Shown: positions 24,048 through 34,656 of the stretch, in pieces
Position numbering within the stretch: the first letter of the stretch is position 1
Layout of the letters: each line of letters opens with the position of its first letter
Assembly: GCF_036971445.1 (NCBI RefSeq)
Contig: NC_091476.1
Coordinates: 130,758,001-130,822,000, forward strand
Direction of reading: 5' to 3'
Origin: Narcine bancroftii
Lineage: Eukaryota
DNA length: 64,000 nucleotides
Position numbers and translations under genes: made by a program
Notes under the pieces: model-generated
Seen by the model: the letters and a program-made list of their open reading frames with translations, nothing else
The model's database searches: none
Told to the model about the DNA's origin: nothing

Positions 24048-24599
24048 CTGTAAAGATAACCAAAGGCAAACATCTCAACCTCCTTTGCTCATATGAAAAA
24101 CCACACATTCAAACCCACATCATCAATAATGGGTCTCCACCATGGAAACTTAATTACGTTCACTTCTGTATTCTTTAGCTTTCAAGTTCATCCTCCAAGC
24201 AACTTTCTAAGATCATTCCTTCCTGAAATTCTGACCTCTTGTATGACCACAGATCTAGTCTCCTGCAAGGAGCAGTCATGATCTTTATTTCTGGCACTGC
24301 AATGCCCTCCCAAAACCTCTTCACACCTACCTGGGTCTCAGCTCTAGAATTTAAAGAAAAACAAAGAGCAAACCTTTTGACCCTCCAGTCTTGCTCCAGC
24401 ATTCATTGAGACCCTGGTTGGTATTTAAACTCAGTGCCACTTTCCTGCCTTATCACTCGATTCCCTTAATATCCAGAAATCTATTGATCTTTGTTTTGGA
24501 TTAATTCAATGACTAATCCTCCACAGCCTTCAGGTACGAGAATTTCAGAAAATCATCATTAATTTTCTACATTCCTACCATCAGGGGAAGGATTGCCAA

Positions 24600-24897
24600 T
24601 AGCGGCAGCTGCACTTCTCCTGCAATAACACACGCAACCAGACAGGTTGAGCTCAGTGAGCAGACTAGTTTATTGCAGGCTGCTGGGCTGCACTTATACT
24701 CCCAGCCCAAACCTGGCTGAGAACCGCACTGGAGGGCGCTGATGTCACCCGGGCGTCACATGGTCCTCAAGCGCGGGTTTCTGAGCCCCGAGCTGGAAGG
24801 AAGGGAAACCCCCCCCCGACAGCACCGTTTTGGCCGGTTGCCCTGCCGCCTGGCTTACAAGTGGGGCCGGTTTGCCTTCCTTGTGTGAGCCACCACA
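24600..24897 (-). mobile_element. Solo LTR (~300 bp) in FDXACB1 intron 1
   Basis: Ends gagccaccaca (TG start on the minus strand); minus-strand TATAAG at ~24693-24698 and AATAAA at 24669-24674; CpG-rich. Confidence 0.65.
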
Positions 24898-24999
24898 GCC
24901 CCTTCATTTAGCCTGCTGAACCCTGTACTTTTTTTTACCTCTTTCAATGAGATCATGCTCATTCTCTTAAGAATACAAGCCCAGTCCAGTAAAGTTCTC

Positions 25000-25500
25000 T
25001 TAGAACACAGAACATTAGAGCACAGTATAGGCCCTCCAGCCCTCGATGTTGTGCCAACCTATATATTTCTACCAAAAAAATACTGAACCACACCAACCTC
25101 GTAACCCCCTATATTTATTTTTCCTTACATGTGCCTCTTAAATGCCTGTAATGTTTCAGCCTCCACTCCACCCCTGGCAATGAATTCCAGGACCTACAAC
25201 TCTGTGTAAAAATGTACCCCTGATACCTCCCCTAAACATTCCTCCTTTCACTTTGTCCTCTGGTGTTTACTACTCCCACCCTGGGAAAAAGGTTCTGGCT
25301 GTTCAATGCTATCTATGCTTCATAATTTTGGAGACTGCTATTAAGACACCTCTCATCCTTCTACGCTCCAAATAGAAAAGTCCTAACTCTGCTAACCTTG
25401 CCTCAGAAGAGTTCTTTCCCTATCCAGGCAAAATCCTGGAAAATCAATTCTTCACCCTCTCCATAGCTTCCACATCCTTCCTATAATGAGGTAACCAGAA
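25000..25500 (-). mobile_element. CR1 LINE 3' fragment
   Basis: QFWLPHYRKDVEAMERV plus a typical CR1 3' UTR. Confidence 0.8.
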
Positions 25501-25989
25501 CTGATGTTGCAAATGCCACGCTCCTGCCCTCTCACTCAGTTTGACTATAGCTCCTTCTCTCATTTTCTTCCTCTCGCAACTGAATTTGGTATCTTCGGCA
25601 AGATCTGAAACATATTTAGTTCCCTCAGTCAAATATCTGATAAAGGTTACAAACAGCTGGAACCTAAAGTCTTTGCAGGACCACAATGTGGCAACCCCAG
25701 AAGGATTTATTTATTTCTGCCCTTTGCTTTCTCAATCAATGTCAGTACATTACTCCCTCTGTGTGTTCTTGTTTACTAATGTGATGCATGGGATTTTACT
25801 GAACACCTCCTTACAATCCAAATTCACTTAACCAACTGATCCCCTCCATCTATTCCATCAGTCTCATGCAGAAATTCACCCTTACAAGATGTATAATTTT
25901 TTTAAATCTTATTTTTTCCATTTTCTAGGAATGTGATCCTGCACATTGTGTAATTCACCCAATTTCTAGAGTTCGTCAATCTCTAAAAT

Positions 25990-27678
25990 TAGTCATTCCA
26001 GCAAACCAGATCTCGATAGGAAGACCAGGTACTACCTATGGAAGGCTATCTTAGCAGCAAAGAAGCAATTACGAATGAACTACAGCTAAGGCAGGGTTTG
26101 CAGGCCATTACATCTTTCAAGGTGAAGCCTAACATCTAAATGGTTGTGATGCTTCATTTCCCAATAAGATAAATACATTTTACACTCGCTTTGAAAAGGA
26201 GAATTCAGCTGTACCAGTGAGAGTTCTTGCAGAAGCTGGCGACACAGGTGATACCTGTCTCTGAGGCCATCTTTCAAGAGGCATCAGACTCTGATGGCGA
26301 ACCTGGCAGGGTACTGAAAATCTGTGCCTACCAACTAGTTGGGGTGTTCATTAATTTTTTCAATCTCTCATTGCTGCAGTTGGAGGTTCCCAGCTGCTTC
26401 AAAAAGGCATCAATCATATTCATGAAGAGCAGGGTGAGCTACCAAAATGACTATTGTCCAGCAGGTCTCACATCTACTGTCTTGAAATGCTTTAAGAGGT
26501 TGTTCATGGCCAGAATTAACTCGCATCCAAATTCACCTACTGCCACAATCATTCCACAGCAGATGCAATCTCACTGTCTCTCCCTTTGACCCTGAATAAC
26601 CTCGACAACAACAATACCTATATCAAGCTGATATTCATCGATTGTAGTTCAGCTTTCAACATCATCATCCCCTTAGTACTGGTCAGCAAGCTTCAAAACC
26701 TGGGCCTCTGCCTTCCTCTGCAATGGATCCTTGACTTCTTCATTGGAAGACCACAGTCAGTGAAATTCTCCTACACAGTGATGCTCAACACAGGCACTCC
26801 TCAAAGATGTGTGCTAAGCCCACTTATCTACTCTCTCTATACTTATGACTGCGTGGCGAGGCACAATTCAAATGCCATCTACAATTTTTCCAATGACACC
26901 ACAGTTATTGGCAGAATCACAGATGGCAATGCAGGAGGGAGATAGATCAGCTAGTTGAGTGATGTCACAACAACCTGCACTCAACTAAGAAAATGATTGT
27001 TGACTTCAGGAAGAGATAACCAGAAGAACATGAACCAGTCCTCATCGAGGGGTCAATAATGGAAATTTATGGGTGTCAATACCACTGAGGATCTCTTCTG
27101 GGTCCTCTATGTTGAGGCAATCATGAAGACGGCTCCTCAGATGCTGTATTTCATAAAGTATTTGAGATTTGGTATCTCACCAAAGACGCTTGCAAATTTC
27201 TACAGATGCACCATGGAGAGCATTCTGCCTGGTTGCATCACTGTCAGGTATGGAGGTACCAATGCACTGGACAGGAAAAAAAACCTACAAAGAGTTGTGG
27301 TCAGCCAGCAGCATCACGGGGGATCAGTCTCCACTCCATCAATGACATCTACAAAAGATGTTGTCTTAAGAAATCAGACTCTATCTTCAAGGTCTCCCAC
27401 CACCCAGGTCACTCCCTCTTCTCACTGCTAGGATCAGGGAGGAGTCTGAAGACGAACACCCTGTAGCACAAGAACAGCTTCTTCCCCTCAACCATCAAGT
27501 TTCTGAATGGACAATGAACCACAGCCACTACCTCACTTTCTCTCCTCGTATACTAATTTTTAAAATCTTGTATTTCTCAATTGTATTTGACAGCAAATTT
27601 GCATCTAGTTCTGCACAATACTGCTGTCACAAAACAAATTTCACGGCATGAGTTCATGACTATAAACTGGATTCTGGT
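25990..27678 (+). mobile_element. Rex-Babar-like LINE ORF2, degenerate
   Basis: VLKICAYQL, VPSCFKKASII, FIDCSSAFNIIIP, GTPQRCVLSPLIYSLYTYDC, NFYRCTMESIL; tail ctggattctgg. Confidence 0.88.
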
Positions 27679-27714
27679 TCCTGTTCGACCACCCCATCCC
27701 ACCTCTCACCCTCC

Positions 27715-27960
27715 CCTCCCCCTCTCCCCTTCCCCTCCCTCCTCTCCCCTTCCCCTCCCTCCTCTCCCCTTCCCCTCCCTCCTCTCCCCTTCCCCTCCCT
27801 CCTCACCCCTTCCCCTCCCTCCTCTCCCCTTCCCCTCCCTCCTCTCCCCTTCCCCTCCCTCCTCTCCCCTTCCCCTCCCTCCTCTCCCCTTCCCCTCCCT
27901 CCTCTCCCCTTCCCCTCCCTCCTCTCCCCTTCCCCTCCCTCCTCTCCCCTTCCCCTCCCA
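27715..27960. repeat. Polypyrimidine/polypurine tandem repeat, 20-bp unit CCTCTCCCCTTCCCCTCCCT x ~12
   Basis: Directly visible near-perfect array. Confidence 0.97.
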
Positions 27961-28045
27961 TGCACCTCCCCCGTTCGGTGCCTTCTAAATAAGTTCTAAC
28001 TGTGTTCTAAACTTCCCGGACCACAATCCCAAAATTCGTCCCGAA

Positions 28046-28067
28046 ACACACACACACACACACACAC
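28046..28067. repeat. (AC)11 microsatellite
   Basis: Direct reading. Confidence 0.95.
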
Positions 28068-28131
28068 TTCCCCACCCATCAACACGCGCCGAGTTCAATC
28101 AGGCCGTTCGACCCACCGTGTCCATGCTTAC

Positions 28132-28185
28132 CCAGAGCGGAGAAGGGGTCTCCTGGGACGGCGGCGGGTCGGGTCCCGGCTCCAT
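28132..28185 (-). CDS. FDXACB1: Putative FDXACB1 first coding exon (MEPGPDPPPSQETPSPLW)
   Basis: ATG at 28185 in strong context (gggATGg); exactly 18 codons to the donor GTAAGC; splices in frame to exon 23858-24047; lies in the CpG island. Confidence 0.6.
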
Positions 28186-28485
28186 CCCGAGCTAAGCGGG
28201 CGGGCCTGCCGCCTCAACCGCGGTCCGGATCGTGGCCCAGCTTTCTCACGAGACTCCGGTCCGGCCCACGCCCTCGGTCGCAGACTGGCCCCAGGCCTCA
28301 GCAACGTCGGCCCAGTCGGCTCCGGCTGTGACGCCCCCCAGGTCCCAGCGCCCGGCAGCGTAACCGGGTCAGAAAGAGGAGCTGGGGGGGGGGGGGGGAG
28401 TGTGAGAGGCGTGGAGCAGCCACGCAAGGACAGAAGGGGCCCGGTTGCTGAAGGCCTTAGTGATGCGACGGGGGGGGAGCCGTCC

Positions 28486-28499
28486 GTTACCAGGGTAAC
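28486..28499. promoter_or_regulatory. RFX X-box GTTACC-AG-GGTAAC
   Basis: Near-perfect palindrome matching GTTRCC-N2-GGYAAC, 55 bp upstream of the ATG of a ciliary gene. Confidence 0.75.
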
Positions 28500-28553
28500 G
28501 CGCCCCGCCTGCTTCCCAACGCCAAGAGAGAGAGAGAGACTGCCCCTGAAACC

Positions 28554-28736
28554 ATGTCAGCAGCCAGAAGGCCGTGGCTTCTCAGACACTCCGAGCTCTG
28601 CCCCGTTCCCCGGAGCCTCATCGCAGCACCGAGAGACGGAGAGAACCGCTACGGGGTGAGAACTCTCCTGGCTCAATGGTTCGAGGAGAGAAATGGGCGG
28701 GATGAACTGAGAAAAAGGAAGCCTCTGCCATCACAG
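28554..28736 (+). CDS. CFAP68: CFAP68 (C11orf1) coding exon 1
   Basis: ENRYGVRTLLAQWFEER...KPLPSQ resembles human ENTYSNRTLMGNWNQER...KPLPSQ; donor CAG|GTGAGT; 61 codons; the start codon is less certain than the donor. Confidence 0.82.
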
Positions 28737-29089
28737 GTGAGTTACCTGCCCCCCACCCCCCAAGCCCCCCCCCCCCCAGTTAGGACCCAGCTGTCACGAC
28801 CCTCTCAACCCCCACCCCCAGCTGCAGCTGACAAACTGAGCTTCGTAGTGAATTCTGAGGCCATCGGTCACAGAGTGAACTCTCTATGCTTTAGATCCAT
28901 TGAAGTCAGCACATTTGCCATTTTAACAATGTTTTAATTACATTGCAACAATTTTGTGTAACTAATTTAAGTACTGTAATTAATAATTATGGATTTTAAG
29001 GAAAATGCATGATGTACAGAACTAAATAAAAACATGTTTTGCACTTGGTAAAAACTTGGGCGAGATCTTTTACTCTCGTGGTTACAATC

Positions 29090-29826
29090 CAGTGATCATT
29101 GGGGGAGGGTAAGGAAATGTAAGTTCTTGAACCGGTGCGGACTCGAAAGGCCAACATGGCCTGTTTCCACTCCGTAAATGGTTATATGGGAGTCACTATC
29201 ACAGAGGATCTTTCCTGGACCCAACACACCAATGGCATCGTGAAGAAAGCATGCCAGCACTTCTACTTCCTCAGGAGTTTGTGGAGGTTTGTTATGACAC
29301 CAGAAACCCCATCAAACTTCTACAGAGGTGTGGTGGAAAGTGCGCTGACCCTCTGTTCTGGTATGGGAACACCAATACTGATGAGCAAAAAGCCCAGGAC
29401 ATCACAAGCAAACCCCCTCACACCCTCCACCACTACTATTGAGTACATCTATGGGGAACGATGCCGTCGGAGGGCAGCAGCAATCACCAAAGACCCACAC
29501 CACCCAGCACATGCTTGTTCTAGCTGCTGCCATTAACACTCACACCACCAGGTTCAGGAACAGCTGCTACCCCTCCACAATCAAACTCCTCAACAACAAA
29601 TTCAATCAGGGGCTCATTTAAGGACTCTTACTTGTGCACTTTATTGATTTTATTTTGTTCTCTCTGCATTGCATAGTCAGTTTGTTTACATTTATTTTAT
29701 TTGTTCAGATGTTTACACTGCTTACAGTTTATTTTTGCACCACCAATTAGTGGTAATTCTGCCTGCAGGAAAAAGGAATGTTGTACATGATGTCATATGT
29801 GTACTCTGGCAATAAATCTGAAAATC
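29090..29826 (+). mobile_element. Rex-Babar-like LINE 3' fragment
   Basis: GVTITEDLSWTQHT...FYFLRSL, TKDPHHPAH, TTRFRNSCYP; tail aataaatctgaaaatctg. Confidence 0.85.
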
Positions 29827-30390
29827 TGGTTCTTATCTTCAAACCAATCTTCATCATCCAAAATCACTAGGCAGATTATCATTGCTGCTGTTCTTTATTG
29901 CAGCAGTAACCACATGAAAACTATTTAATTGCATGTAAAACACTTTGGGACTGCTTAACAACATAAAACCAAGTATTTATATCTCTTTACTTTAATAAAT
30001 CTTAATCGTTACGTCTTATTTGTAAATATGCTAAAACATTCAAAATAAATTTGGAATCATAGTTTGTTTTTCGAATACAGTAGTGCAAGTGGAAAAAGTA
30101 AGCTGGAGAACCCACGTTTAAAAACTGTAGGGTATAACAGTATTTCTTTTGCGCCTTTCCCTTCTCTTTTAGGGTTTGAGTGTCAAGCTGTGGGCACCAA
30201 GATAATCATCCCTCTTGTGTTTGCTTGGTCTCCTCTCCCTGAGGTTCCGTATAAAGTGCCACTTTATGTTGGCCTGTGCTTTCATTACTCTGGTCCTATT
30301 CCTGGATCTTAATGGGATAAATGCCTGCCTCCTCTCTCCGTGGTTGTTACGTACCCCAAACTTCCCTGAAACAAGTTCTTGTACCCTGTT

Positions 30391-30690
30391 GTGACTTTAT
30401 TTCTGTTCTTTAGATGGTCCCTTATTAATTGAGCTTGTGCATCCCCTGCTGGTGGTAGGGAGTAATGGGGGAAAGTGTGTGCCTGGAAGCAAGTTTGTGC
30501 CCCATGTTTAGTGGGTGACTTTATTCCTGTTCTTTGGTTGGCTTCTCCCTAATGGAGTTGTGCATCTTCTGTTGGAGAGAGAAAAAAACAGGGAATAATC
30601 GTGCGCCTCCAAGCAAGTTTATATCCACTGTTTATTGGGTGACTTTATTCCTCTTCTTTAGTTGGTTCCTCGTTAGTGGAGGTTTTGTGA
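30391..30690. repeat. Diverged 124-bp tandem repeat (~2.5 units) in CFAP68 intron 1
   Basis: gtgactttatt(t/c)...ttcttt recurs at 30391, 30515 and 30639. Confidence 0.75.
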
Positions 30691-31244
30691 CCCCCACAGG
30701 CGTTGGGGGTTAGGGTTCCAAACACCAAATAACTACTTTTTTTCTGAGATGTACCTCTTTTGTTATGAGGAAGAGCAAGGCTCAATCTGCTTCAAAAAAG
30801 GACAACATTTGTTTCAGTAATGTTGACTTAAGGTTAAACATTTGCCAGAAGTTTGGGATGATTTCCCTTCTCTTCAATGTAGTGGATATGATCTTTTATA
30901 TTTATCTGTGACACTGATCTGACCTCTAACACTCACTTGGCACTACACTGAAGTCAGCTTGGATTTTTTTGTATTGTTCATCAATGGAACCACAGTAGTA
31001 AAACAAATTAGTGCCTTTATTGGAAAACATTTTTAAATGACTAATCCTCTCAATTTAAATACCTGTATAATTATTTTGCAACAGCTTGTAGTCCACTTTT
31101 GTCATTTGGGTTCAATTATAATTATCTCTGTTGTTCTTGCTTGCTTAATTTAGACAGTGGGTCAATGTTTCTGTTTGACAGTATTATTAGAATTAATTGT
31201 GTACATTTTGAAATTAGTCATATTTTCAATTTTATTTATTACAG

Positions 31245-31308
31245 TATGAACATGCCTATCGTACAATATATGCAGATTCATATGGCAAGCCAGAGATACA
31301 ACATAGAA
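31245..31308 (+). CDS. CFAP68: CFAP68 coding exon 2 (YEHAYRTIYADSYGKPEIQHR)
   Basis: tttattacag acceptor and GTAAGT donor; 64 nt; resembles human FGHYFETTYDTSY. Confidence 0.88.
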
Positions 31309-32555
31309 GTAAGTGATAATGAATCTTCATCAAAACTTGAAATTTGAGGGGTAAATATTAGCAGATGGATTTAGCAAAATCAGGAACCTCGTCAAAACTA
31401 ATGTGTGGCTTTTCTGGTACTGATTGACTGTGCTAAACTCTGTAGTGGTTATTTAATCTTTTCATATTCTCAGAAAAAAAATCAATTTTATTTAACAGAT
31501 GCTTACCTCTTTTGGATAAATGTAATTTTAGGTGGAACCTACCGCAAAGTAAGTAGTCAAAAAATTGTTACATAGAAGAGAGTCATAAATTTCATCAACT
31601 CCCATGTCTCAGCAGAATCTGAACGACCTTTCAGTCCCAAGTAAGGTTTACAGTGAAGATGGAAAAAGTTGCAGGATGAATTACAAGAGGTGTGGTTTAA
31701 AAGTCTTACAGGATATTAAGTGGTGACATCAGGAGGGACTTTGATATTCAGTGGATCTTTTGGATTTGAAAGGCTGTGTCTGGTAAAATGTGGGATACAA
31801 ATTCAATAACAGCCTAGAAAGAGAATGTTATGAATAGTTAAAGAAAAAAGTAAGTGAGGGAAGGGAAAGGCGATTGGAACTGGTTAGATTCAGCTTCACA
31901 GTTGCTGGTGTAATGGACTAAATGGTCTCCATCTGTGTTGTAAAATATGATTCCACATCTGTGGCATAGTCTATATGAATAAATATTGACTTTCAAATGC
32001 ATTTGGTAATCTTAGCACCATAATTACAGCTGCAAAATTCCATCTCTCTGTCCCTTTTCTGATGGTCATTCAGTCAGTTCGTGGAATTTAATCTTTGCAA
32101 AGGTATAGGCAATTTGTGACTTCAAAAGCATATGTGGCATCATATATTCTCTACACCTATTTGTTTTGTATGCTCTGGAGATTTTTTGGGGGAACATTAG
32201 GTGGAACATTAATGGAAACTTATTCACATACAGAGTGGTGGGAGTGTGGAACGAGCTGCCTGCTGAAGTGGTGAATGCGTACTCAATTTTAACGTTTAAG
32301 AAAAATTTGGACAAGAACATGGATGGGAGGGACATGGAGGGCTATGGATTGTGTGCATGTCAGTGGGATTAAGCAGAATAATAGTTCGGCACAGACTAGA
32401 AAAGCCAAAGGGCCTGTTTTCTATGCTGTAATGTTCTATGGTTCTATTAGCAACTTTGTTATTTTGAGCAATTAAATAGTTAACAAGTTAACAAAAATGA
32501 TAAGCTTTGAATTAGATTTCTAACATCATTACAAAATAATTCTTTCCTTCCTTAG

Positions 32556-32995
32556 TCTTTAAAAGTGAACCTCATGTTTATCCGGGGCATCAACCAGAGT
32601 TAAATCCTCCCAACACTAAAGTAATCCCACAGACTACTTACATGCTGGATTACATAGACCCTGTGCTGCAAATGAATCCTCCCCCACGATGTGATTTGGA
32701 TAGAGTAGAGAAGAAGGAGTTGGAATACTGTGGATCTCCAGTTCTACCAGACATGGACACAGATGCAGAAAAACATCAGATATGTATTTCTTGCATTCCT
32801 TTGGAACCTTGCTCACCAACCAATTTGGCTACTGTGGAAGACAGGCAATCTGAAGAGCTCCGATTTTGTGGATCTTGTGTTCCTACAAAAGGGCCTTTCG
32901 GACAGTGCACAGCTGAATTTTGTAAACCTTGTACCCCTGCAGGTATCCCATCCAGACCAGGTCTGGCTGTGTGTTATGGATCCATCATCCCCTAA
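32556..32995 (+). CDS. CFAP68: CFAP68 coding exon 3 (FKSEPHVYPGHQPELNPP...TTYMLDY plus a long Cys/Pro-rich tail)
   Basis: ccttccttag acceptor; PGHQPEL motif as in human FKREPHWFPGHQPELDPP; frame is continuous with ORF 32642-32995. Confidence 0.9.
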
Positions 32996-33053
32996 GGAAT
33001 GGACTTAGCCACAGTTGACTTTCATTTTAATTAGTCATCTGAACTGACTCTGT

Positions 33054-33059
33054 AATAAA
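33054..33059 (+). terminator. Probable CFAP68 polyadenylation signal AATAAA
   Basis: First AATAAA after the stop codon, ~60 nt downstream. Confidence 0.6.
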
Positions 33060-33555
33060 TAGGGAATGATGTGCTGATTTGCGAGATTTATTTACTATTG
33101 AAACTGTTTATTACTCAGGTAGGGCCCAAACTTTGGAAGTAAAAGGTAACTTTATATGTGGAAGCATAGAGACAAGCAGCACAGAAGAGCTGACCAGTGC
33201 CTGTGCTGTGTTGGCTCTGTGGAGAGAGCTGCAGTGCGATGTACACAATGCACCTGATTCTGTGCAAATCCTAATCAATGCGGCAGAAATACTCTACTTG
33301 TATCTGGCTATTCTGTTCATTTCCAAAGACTAATGGTGCAATGTATTGAATAACATTTGGCAAAGTATGACATGCAGTTTTACAGTGAGGATCATTGAAA
33401 GTTATGAATCATAAAATTATTCCTTGTTAGCACTAAATGCTTGAATAATTAAAATTGACTTGTGCATCTTTGACATGGCTGGTAAAAGGAGTCGGTTCAA
33501 CAAGTAATTGAATATTATTCCAAAGTGCTTCATTATTCTTGCACTGTAGGGTGTC

Positions 33556-33842
33556 TGTGGTGGTACACCACCGGCGTGCTGCAGGGGGCAACCTCTGTAC
33601 CTGCAGGAGGGGACAGGACAACACCTGGCCGGCTGTCGATCAGTCGGCCTGAAGGGATCAAGCCTCACCCGGTCGGGTGTCAATCACCCTCTGGGATATA
33701 AGCCTGCGCTGGCCTCCCGAGGCCTCCCTCAAAGTTGCTGTATCTCCAGCCAGTCTGACTCTGTGGAAGTCTTTGTGGATTAAAGCCTGTTGTACAGTCT
33801 TTATCTTTGTGTGTGTCTGATTTTGGCTAATAGTGCACCCCA
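33556..33842 (+). mobile_element. Solo LTR (287 bp) with a perfect 5-bp TSD (GTGTC)
   Basis: TG...CA termini; gtgtc at 33551-33555 and 33843-33847; internal gatataag and attaaa; related to the LTRs at 62596-63060. Confidence 0.9.
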
Positions 33843-34319
33843 GTGTCACTTTTTCTTCTCAGGAAGCAGATGTTCCTCACAGGGCTGTAGTTATGGCCCA
33901 TGCTCTGAGGAAGTTATTCTGACCCATTTCAGAGTATATCTTAGTTCTCTAAAATGTAATATGTGTAATTACCATTATAGTGATGTTTTGTGAATTCTAC
34001 AGTATATAATTCCCCATTTCACAAATATGAACACTCATGTCTGGACAAAGTCTTTAGGTTACCATTCCACCAATTTATCCACTGCCTCACAGAGCACTGA
34101 GAAGCTGGCTGACCTGTGAGGGTTAACAAGCTCTGTTTTCTAATGTAGAATGTTTAGAAATGTAATTCAGATGTACAATGTATAATTTATCAATTTGCAA
34201 AATAGTGAAGACAAATAAACAGAAAATCAGAATTTCTGCATTTTTTCAAATTGTTGATTTTATTTTAAGGTGAGATTAACTAAGGCAGTTAAGATGAACC
34301 AAGGCAATTAAGATAAATG

Positions 34320-34325
34320 TTTATT
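34320..34325 (-). terminator. Probable CRYAB polyadenylation signal AATAAA
   Basis: tttatt on the plus strand, ~130 nt past the CRYAB stop codon. Confidence 0.65.
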
Positions 34326-34452
34326 GCAAGCTATCAAATATTAAGGAATGTGTGATTATATAGCATTACAAAAATGTTACACAAAGCAAAAGGCAATACT
34401 TCAAAGGCTTGAAGCTGTTTCACACTGAACTTAACAGAAAAGATCCACAGAT

Positions 34453-34656
34453 CTACTTCTGCTGAGAGCCAGCCACTGCTGGCTGTTCCTCTCGTAAGAT
34501 GGGCACTGCTCGCTCTGGAACATCAGCCACTTTCCGGGGACCTGTGATCATCAGCACTCCGTCAACGGATAGGGAGGAGGTGATCATAGATGGATCAACT
34601 CCTGCTGGGATCTTGTACTTGCGATTAAACTCCCTAGAGATGTAGCCGTGTTCATC
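34453..34656 (-). CDS. CRYAB: AlphaB-crystallin exon 3 ([22 protein letters not shown]...[22 protein letters not shown])
   Basis: Translated by hand; tgtag acceptor; alpha-crystallin domain C-half, V-P-I (IXI/V) motif, TAG at 34453. Confidence 0.97.
   Translation of the reverse strand, partial: DEHGYISREFNRKYKIPAGVDPSMITSSLSVDGVLMITGPRKVADVPERAVPILREEQPAVAGSQQK

Larger units (their letters stand above)
28085..28740. promoter_or_regulatory. CpG island / bidirectional promoter of FDXACB1 and CFAP68
   Basis: Dense CpGs against an AT-rich background; divergent ATGs at 28185 (-) and 28554 (+); GC box ccccgcc at 28503; G15 run at 28384-28398. Confidence 0.85.

Noticed and set aside
27581-27988. 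Pro-rich ORF 27581-27988 (+) and RGG-like ORF 27660-27965 (-)
   Set aside because: Both are translations of the 20-bp tandem repeat, with no supporting gene context.
28128-28427. 99-aa minus-strand ORF in the CpG island as the FDXACB1 N-terminus
   Set aside because: It has a non-ATG start, and its frame would hit a stop (ATG AAA AGA TAA) after splicing. A different frame starting at 28185 fits.
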